The translations under genes and the position numbers were made by a program. Shown here piece after piece: positions 26,311 to 32,000 of a DNA stretch of 32,000 nt (its first letter is position 1; the number at the start of each line of letters is the position of its first letter). The stretch spans positions 678,725 through 710,724 of the forward strand of contig CP061211.1 in assembly GCA_026016245.1 (NCBI GenBank), in the 5' to 3' direction. This stretch comes from Candidatus Pacearchaeota archaeon (lineage in GTDB: Archaea > Nanobdellota > Nanobdellia > Pacearchaeales > UBA284). The notes below the pieces were generated by a model, which did no database searches, was not told the DNA's origin, and saw only the letters and a list, made by a program, of their open reading frames with translations.

Positions 26311-28773
26311 ATGGTCATTTCAAAAAAGATTGATCATAGAAAGAGAAAAAAAAGAGAGAATTTTTTTGGAATTCCTTTCCTGCCTTTGGCTTTTTTATTA
26401 TTACTTTTGATTGTTCTTTTTCTCTTGCCCCCAATTAAATTGCAGACTTCTGGCATCATGCCTAGCATTACTGGAAAAGTAGTTGATGATATTTATTTAG
26501 AAGAAACAACTTATAGGCCAGATAGACCTTTAGAAGGAGGTCTTAATTTGAGATTTTATTGGGGAGATTTAATTCCTCAAGAAACTAATGTCACTTTTGA
26601 TATCACATCAATAAAATGTAAACATTTTTATGTTTGTGGTTCAGATGGTGGTTTGATTGGGTGGGAGGTATATAATTTTACTAGCGGAAAATGTGAGAAT
26701 GTTTCTGTATGGGTTTATGGACCCTGGGATGAATGCGGGGAAGATAAATATTATACATACCCTAATATATTTAGTAATATTAATTGTGCTGGTTTGGGAG
26801 GAGCTTGCTGTAAATCTGGTGAAGGTTTGGGATATTTCTATCCTAACTTGGATTGCAATACAAAAGAATGCTGGGATGAATGCAAGATAACAAAGAAGAA
26901 AACATTGATTGAATCAATAGCTTTATCAACAACACCTTGGAAGGGAAATCATACTTCTGGGATATTTAATAATGTGAATGGTTCTAATCCTCCTGTAAAT
27001 TCTGGGTGGGGTTTTGGCGCATGTCCTTCTATTGCCCCTGCTCCTAATTATACTTATCCTGTTACTTATGCAATTAATCCTACAGGCTATATTGTCCAAC
27101 AACCATCACCACCACTGCCAGACTTAACTGTTTTAGATATTTACACTTCTGAATATGCCCCTCAACCACCACAACTATCATTATACGCTATCCAGCAACC
27201 AAGCCCAACCAAAAGACTCTACACAAAAATAAAAAATCTTGGAGGGCCAATTGGAAGTAAAAAGGTAAAAGCAGGAGCATTCACTGTTGTTGGCTGTTGG
27301 TATGATTATACTTCTCCAACACCACTAGGACGGGCAGGGCCTATACCTTCTAATTGTTTTTTTATTAAGAGGATTAATAATATGGCACAAAATCAAGAAA
27401 TGATTTTAGATATGGGTAGTTGGAATATACAAGGCAAGGCAGTTCAGGTTATTGTTGATTACTATAAAGAGATAGATGAAAAAAATGAATATAACAATGA
27501 GATGATAAAATATTTCCCTGGAGTAGTGCCGCCAAAACCAGACCTAGTTGTTTTAGATATTCAAAAAAAACAATATGAATCAGTAGAAGGTACGAAGATA
27601 ACAATGAAAAATATTGGTCCTGGTTCTGTTCTTGTAAAGTCTTTCTGGGTTAAAATTACTTATTATATTGGAGCTGAAAGATGGGAAAATGAATATCAGA
27701 TACAGAATCCAGGAATTGCGCCTAATACAGTATTTACTCTTGATGTTAGAGACAAGGATATAACTGGTAAGGCAGTTAATGCCACTGCTTTTGTTGATTC
27801 AAGATATAATGTAGATGAATTGGATGAGAATAATAATGGGTTGACTAAATGGCTATTACCTTATTCTTGTGAGAATTGGAATAATGTTTATGTTATTCCT
27901 TTAGATGATATTGGTTTAAAAACGCCAGATTATGAAGGAACATACATCTTAGATATCTCTCTTGTTTATGGAGATGTTACCATGTACAGTTCTTCAGTAT
28001 TATTCGAAGTTGCTGAAAAAGAACCAACACATAATGTTTGTCAAAACCAAAAGTGTGTAGAGGTAACTGGTGCTGGAACTGATCAGTGTCAGACTAATGC
28101 TGATTGTAAGACTACTTGTAATGAGAACTGGCAGTATGGTGTTTGGAGCGATTGTATAGGCGGACAGAAAAGAAGAGAGTGTTATGATGCTAATAACTGT
28201 AATACAACTTATAGTAAGCCATCAAATTGTATGCTTTTTGCAGGTAAATATTATCAGACTGAGAGCTGTTGTGTTTCAGAATGGCAGTGTGATGAGTGGA
28301 GTGTTTGCTATGATTACCAAGGAGAGAATGTTCAGAGCATGACTTGTGAGGATCTTAATAAATGCAGTCCACAGAATTACACTTACCTACAATTGAGAGA
28401 TTGTTGCATAGAAGAATGGGATTGTGAATGGAGTAGTTGTATTGATGGTAGGCAAGAACTTTTATGTGAGGACTTAAATAATTGTGGTACTGAATTTACC
28501 AAGCCTTCAGAAACAAAAGATTGCGAAGAAAGAGCTATAGCATGGTGGGTTTGGTTTATAATAATCTTGGTGCTTGTTGTAGTAATTCTTGCTGTTCTTA
28601 TTGGAACAAAACGATTACCTTGGTTCAAGAAGAAGCCTAAAGTAAGAAAATATCCTCAGCTTGATGAATATATAAGAAAAGCAACTGAAAGAGGCATGTC
28701 AAAAGCAGAAATAAAAACAAAACTCATTGAAACTGGCTGGCCAGAAGATGCAGTTAGCGAAGCTTTAAAATAA
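26311..28773 (+). CDS. Large membrane-anchored surface protein with CARDB-like and TSP1-like Cys-rich repeats and a UBA-like C-terminal tail (paralog 1)
   Basis: N-terminal TM; PDLTVLDI...KIKNLGGPIGSK (CARDB-like); WQYGVWSDCIGGQKRRECYD and WDCEWSSCIDGRQELLCED (TSP1-like); C-terminal TM; YIRKATERGMSKAEIKTKLIETGWPEDAVSEALK. Confidence 0.78.
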   Translation: MVISKKIDHRKRKKRENFFGIPFLPLAFLLLLLIVLFLLPPIKLQTSGIMPSITGKVVDDIYLEETTYRPDRPLEGGLNLRFYWGDLIPQETNVTFDITSIKCKHFYVCGSDGGLIGWEVYNFTSGKCENVSVWVYGPWDECGEDKYYTYPNIFSNINCAGLGGACCKSGEGLGYFYPNLDCNTKECWDECKITKKKTLIESIALSTTPWKGNHTSGIFNNVNGSNPPVNSGWGFGACPSIAPAPNYTYPVTYAINPTGYIVQQPSPPLPDLTVLDIYTSEYAPQPPQLSLYAIQQPSPTKRLYTKIKNLGGPIGSKKVKAGAFTVVGCWYDYTSPTPLGRAGPIPSNCFFIKRINNMAQNQEMILDMGSWNIQGKAVQVIVDYYKEIDEKNEYNNEMIKYFPGVVPPKPDLVVLDIQKKQYESVEGTKITMKNIGPGSVLVKSFWVKITYYIGAERWENEYQIQNPGIAPNTVFTLDVRDKDITGKAVNATAFVDSRYNVDELDENNNGLTKWLLPYSCENWNNVYVIPLDDIGLKTPDYEGTYILDISLVYGDVTMYSSSVLFEVAEKEPTHNVCQNQKCVEVTGAGTDQCQTNADCKTTCNENWQYGVWSDCIGGQKRRECYDANNCNTTYSKPSNCMLFAGKYYQTESCCVSEWQCDEWSVCYDYQGENVQSMTCEDLNKCSPQNYTYLQLRDCCIEEWDCEWSSCIDGRQELLCEDLNNCGTEFTKPSETKDCEERAIAWWVWFIIILVLVVVILAVLIGTKRLPWFKKKPKVRKYPQLDEYIRKATERGMSKAEIKTKLIETGWPEDAVSEALK
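27196..27312 (+). repeat. Near-identical tract A, copy 1 (117 nt)
   Basis: Matches 29383..29499 with 2 mismatches in 117 by direct comparison; encodes QPSPTKRLYTKIKNLGGPIGSK.VKAGAFTVVGCWYDYT. Confidence 0.9.
28344..28512 (+). repeat. Near-identical tract B, copy 1 (169 nt)
   Basis: Matches 30903..31071 with 1 mismatch in 169 (28449 T vs 31008 C). Confidence 0.92.
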
Positions 28774-28790
28774 AAAAATTTATATAGCAT
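28772..28790 (+). promoter_or_regulatory. TATA-containing upstream element shared with the first paralog (copy 2)
   Basis: AAAAAAATTTATATAGCAT, identical 19-mer at 26267..26285. Confidence 0.6.
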
Positions 28791-28815
28791 CTCTACCGCT
28801 CTTTATTAATAAAAG

Positions 28816-31245
28816 ATGGAAAGATGGAAAGAAAAAAAGAATTTTTTTGGAATTCCTTTCCTGCCTTTAGCTATCTTATTATTACTTTTGATTGTTCTTT
28901 TAGTTTTGCCTCAAGTTAAATTGCAAGGTGATTTCATTACTGGAGAAGTAACTAGCAACATCCAATTAACAGAAACAGATTATGGGCCAAATGAGAATTT
29001 AAAAGGCAAGACAAACATAAAATTTTTCTGGGGTGATTTAATTCCTGGAACAACTAATGTTGAGCTCATAGTTTCTGGTGGTGATTATGGTTCAAATCTA
29101 ACAATGCAATTACCCCAAGCAATAGCTCTCTCAAGCACACCTTGGAAAGGAAATTTTACTTATGGGCCTTTTAAAAATATGAATGGTCCTTCTCCTGTAG
29201 GAGGGGGTTATGGTTTTGGAGCTTGTTCTTCTATTATTCCTGCTCCTAATTACACTTATCCTGTTACTTATGCAGTTCAACAGCCAGTACCAATCACACC
29301 AGACTTAACTGTTTTAAATATTTACACTTCTGGTCTTATCCCTGTTCCAACTTATCCTGCAGTAACAGGTATGATTACTCAACAACCAAGCCCAACCAAA
29401 AGACTCTATACAAAAATAAAAAATCTTGGAGGGCCAATTGGAAGTAAAGAGGTAAAAGCAGGAGCATTCACTGTTGTTGGCTGTTGGTATGATTATACTA
29501 GCCCTACACCAACACCTTTAGTAGCAGTTGATGGTTATATTCCTAGTAATTGTTTTTATATTAAAGATATTTCACAAATAAGATATGGTCAAGAAATAAT
29601 TTTAGATATGGGATACCGAGCTGTTGAAGGCAAAACAGTCCAGGTTATTGTTGATTATTATGATGATATACATGAGACTAATGAGCAGAATAATGAGATG
29701 ATAAAGAATTTTCCAGGAGTAGTTCCCCCTCAATGTATAGATCCTGATGGTTTGGATTATTTCACAAAAGGAACATGCACAGATATTGAAGGGAGCAAAG
29801 TTGATTACTGCAGTCCTGATGCTGAAAATCTTTTAATAGAATATTATTGTCCTACTATAGTACCATCACCTTTATGTGCCCCAACACAATATGTTTGTCC
29901 TAATGGTTGTGAGGATGGAAAATGTCTTGAACAAGAACCTACGCCAGCATGTAAAGACAGTGATGGTGGTAAGAATTATGGATTAAAAGGCACATGCCAA
30001 GATATTGATGGCATGTATACTGACTATTGTCTAGAAATAAGTCCTGGACAAAATGAAGGAAATCTTGCTGAATTCTATTGTACTGGTAATAATTTAATAA
30101 TGTGGGATTTTTGTAGTGATTGTTCTGAGCCTTATTGTGCTTATATTGGATCTAGAAGCGAAGGATGGTATGCCAAATGTCCTAAGGGTGAGAGATTGAT
30201 TAATTATGAAACATGTTCTATCAGAGAGAAATTTAAACCTCAATGCTTGTATAAAGGATCAAAAAGCGAAGGATGGTATACTCCTGATGTTTGTGATAGG
30301 GAAGATTTCAATTGTTATTATGGCTGTTTAGATGGTACTTGTAAAATAAGTAATTATTCTTGTGAAAATTGGAATAATATTTATGAGATTAATTTAAATA
30401 ATTTGAATATAAAGACTCCTCAAGAAGATGGAACTTATAATTTTACTGTAAGATTAACATATGTAGGAGGAGTGCCAGGTATTCGTAATGCTGTTCCAGC
30501 AAAAATAATTCTTTATTCTTATACTACTTCCTTTAATGTGCTTTCTCATAAAGCATGCCAGAGTTACCAGTGTATTTATATGGCTGGAAGCGGAGCTAAC
30601 CAATGTGAAAATGATAATGACTGCCGACCAACTGGTGGAGGTGGCGGCGGTGGCGGCGGAGGAGGCGGAGCCTGCAATGAATATTGGCAGTATGGTGATT
30701 GGAGTGAATGTATTGATGACAAAAGACAGAGAGAGTGTTTTGATGCTAGAAATTGTGGAACAATTTTTGCAAAGCCTTCATATTGCTTGCCTATTGAAGA
30801 TAAATATTATCAGACTGAATCTTGCATACCAGGATGTCAGGAAAACTGGCAGTGTACTGAATGGAGCTATTGTGATGAGCAAACACTTGAGCAGAGTTCT
30901 ATTTGTGAGGATCTTAATAAATGCAGTCCACAGAATTACACTTACCTACAATTGAGAGATTGTTGCATAGAAGAATGGGATTGTGAATGGAGTAGTTGTA
31001 TTGATGGCAGGCAAGAACTTTTATGTGAGGACTTAAATAATTGTGGTACTGAATTTACCAAGCCTTCAGAAGCAAGAGAGTGCAAGCCAGGACTTGCGTG
31101 GTGGATGTTATTGATAATAATTTTAGTGTTTGTTGTAGTAATTCTTGCTATTCTTTATGCGGCAAAGACATGGCCCTTTAAGAAAAAAGGGTTCAAAGCT
31201 GTTGGAAAAACAGAAGAAGCTGCTTTTAAAGAAATCAAAATATAA
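28816..31245 (+). CDS. Large membrane-anchored surface protein with CARDB-like and TSP1-like repeats and a 12-Gly linker (paralog 2)
   Basis: Same N-terminal FFGIPFLPLAxLLLLLIVLLVLP as paralog 1; CARDB-like, Cys-rich middle region, TSP1-like repeats, C-terminal TM. Confidence 0.78.
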   Translation: MERWKEKKNFFGIPFLPLAILLLLLIVLLVLPQVKLQGDFITGEVTSNIQLTETDYGPNENLKGKTNIKFFWGDLIPGTTNVELIVSGGDYGSNLTMQLPQAIALSSTPWKGNFTYGPFKNMNGPSPVGGGYGFGACSSIIPAPNYTYPVTYAVQQPVPITPDLTVLNIYTSGLIPVPTYPAVTGMITQQPSPTKRLYTKIKNLGGPIGSKEVKAGAFTVVGCWYDYTSPTPTPLVAVDGYIPSNCFYIKDISQIRYGQEIILDMGYRAVEGKTVQVIVDYYDDIHETNEQNNEMIKNFPGVVPPQCIDPDGLDYFTKGTCTDIEGSKVDYCSPDAENLLIEYYCPTIVPSPLCAPTQYVCPNGCEDGKCLEQEPTPACKDSDGGKNYGLKGTCQDIDGMYTDYCLEISPGQNEGNLAEFYCTGNNLIMWDFCSDCSEPYCAYIGSRSEGWYAKCPKGERLINYETCSIREKFKPQCLYKGSKSEGWYTPDVCDREDFNCYYGCLDGTCKISNYSCENWNNIYEINLNNLNIKTPQEDGTYNFTVRLTYVGGVPGIRNAVPAKIILYSYTTSFNVLSHKACQSYQCIYMAGSGANQCENDNDCRPTGGGGGGGGGGGGACNEYWQYGDWSECIDDKRQRECFDARNCGTIFAKPSYCLPIEDKYYQTESCIPGCQENWQCTEWSYCDEQTLEQSSICEDLNKCSPQNYTYLQLRDCCIEEWDCEWSSCIDGRQELLCEDLNNCGTEFTKPSEARECKPGLAWWMLLIIILVFVVVILAILYAAKTWPFKKKGFKAVGKTEEAAFKEIKI
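29383..29499 (+). repeat. Near-identical tract A, copy 2
   Basis: See 27196..27312. Confidence 0.9.
30634..30669 (+). repeat. GGN codon run encoding 12 consecutive glycines
   Basis: ggtggaggtggcggcggtggcggcggaggaggcgga, a GC-rich island inside an AT-rich gene. Confidence 0.95.
30903..31071 (+). repeat. Near-identical tract B, copy 2
   Basis: See 28344..28512. Confidence 0.92.
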
Positions 31246-31318
31246 TTCATAATTTTTTTTCTAAAAAACTTTATATATCCTATTTCTTTTAAAAATTTTG
31301 TAGTGTAAAAGAGGGAAA

Positions 31319-32000
31319 ATGGCATATAAACGTTATATTAAAATAGGTAATAAAGTCTATGGCCCTTATGAGTACCACAGTTATAGAGATAAAAATGGTA
31401 GTGTAAAAAGCCATTATTTGAGAAAAGTAGAAAAAGTAAAGAAAGAAAATGTAGAACTGAGAAAAAAACTGCGTTTTCTTGAATTAAGTGCCAGTATTCT
31501 TCTAATTTTAGTTGCTCTTTTTTTAATTTTTTATCTTACTACCTTTCCAATAACTGGAAGACTTGGTCTTGAACTTGAAAAATCTTATTTTTTTGTAAAT
31601 GAAACATTAAGTGGGTATGTTAATTTGGAATTTACTGAAGGAGAATTTTATCCTGCTGATTCTATCATAAAAATAAATTTTAATGGACAAATTGAAGAAT
31701 TGACTTTAGAGGAATTCATTGCTCTTTCTGGAGAGGATAGTCTTGAAAAAAAAGAAGAAAATTTTTACACTACTATGGATGATAAAATTGAAGGACATGG
31801 GGAAGGATATGGTCTTATAGGTTCAAAAGATATTCCTGTTGATGTTTCTTTCAAATTGATAACTATGAAAGAAATACTTGGAATAGAAGAAGCTATTGAA
31901 AATATAACTGAAGAAAATATCACAGAGCCATTAGAAGAAAATATCACTGAGATTGAAGAAGAACCAATAGAAGAACTAGAAGAACCAGAAGAACCAATAG
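31319..32000 (+). CDS. Membrane protein with a short cytoplasmic N-terminus and acidic ectodomain, truncated by the window edge
   Basis: MAYKRYIKIGNKVYGPYEYHSYRDKNGSVKSHYLRKVEKVKKEN...ILLILVALFLIFYLTTFPITGRLGLELEKSYFFVNETLSGYVNLEF...; TATA (ctttatatatcc) and SD-like gaggg upstream. The final TAG at 31998-32000 is out of frame. Confidence 0.75.
   Translation, partial: MAYKRYIKIGNKVYGPYEYHSYRDKNGSVKSHYLRKVEKVKKENVELRKKLRFLELSASILLILVALFLIFYLTTFPITGRLGLELEKSYFFVNETLSGYVNLEFTEGEFYPADSIIKINFNGQIEELTLEEFIALSGEDSLEKKEENFYTTMDDKIEGHGEGYGLIGSKDIPVDVSFKLITMKEILGIEEAIENITEENITEPLEENITEIEEEPIEELEEPEEPI

Noticed and set aside
26657-28628. ORFs 26657..26890(+) and 28383..28628(-)
   Set aside because: Contained in the paralog 1 surface protein gene; the second includes tract B only by antisense overlap.
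30536-30955. 139-aa plus-strand ORF in an alternate frame
   Set aside because: Nested in the 28816-31245 surface protein gene; a frame artefact across the glycine-codon run.
31998-32000. TAG at the very end of the window as stop of the last gene
   Set aside because: Out of frame with the ORF starting at 31319 (last complete codon ATA at 31997-31999), so the gene continues beyond the window.
1-32000. CRISPR array, transposon or prophage
   Set aside because: No regularly spaced repeats, transposase, integrase or phage structural motifs found by reading; the repeats at 26-31 kb are explained by paralogous coding sequence.

Overview
This is a compact, AT-rich archaeal window whose gene content looks like a DPANN / Woesearchaeota-type genome. 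That lineage call is an inference from content only. Supported content: a truncated endonuclease IV-like gene; an intron-containing tRNA-Lys(TTT) and a tRNA-Asp(GTC); a split lycopene-cyclase-like gene pair; an SDH/ClpP-fold protease; and a tightly packed minus-strand array of about 15 genes (12418 down to 4683). That array starts with a small HTH protein carrying a C-terminal CxxCxxC and continues with IscS, a zinc-ribbon protein, DUF1858, HAD, IscU, a PP-loop sulfurtransferase-like protein, DUF6485, an APH-like kinase, glutaredoxin, a membrane thioredoxin, CcdA and a TrxR-like flavoprotein. Downstream are LemA-HtpX, a TrmB-like regulator, a secreted FKBP-thioredoxin-fold fusion, a HerA-like ATPase followed by two large unrecognised soluble proteins (710 and 472 aa), GT2, two pilin-like proteins, archease-RtcB, and two huge paralogous CARDB/TSP1-like surface proteins with patchwork near-identity. 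The strongest leads are (1) a candidate Fe-S-sensing autoregulator with a 9-bp inverted repeat operator at the head of a sulfur/thiol superoperon, (2) the HerA-710aa-472aa neighbourhood, and (3) mosaic surface-protein paralogs. TATA boxes about 26 nt upstream of start codons support several leaderless starts. No CRISPR array, rRNA or transposase was seen.
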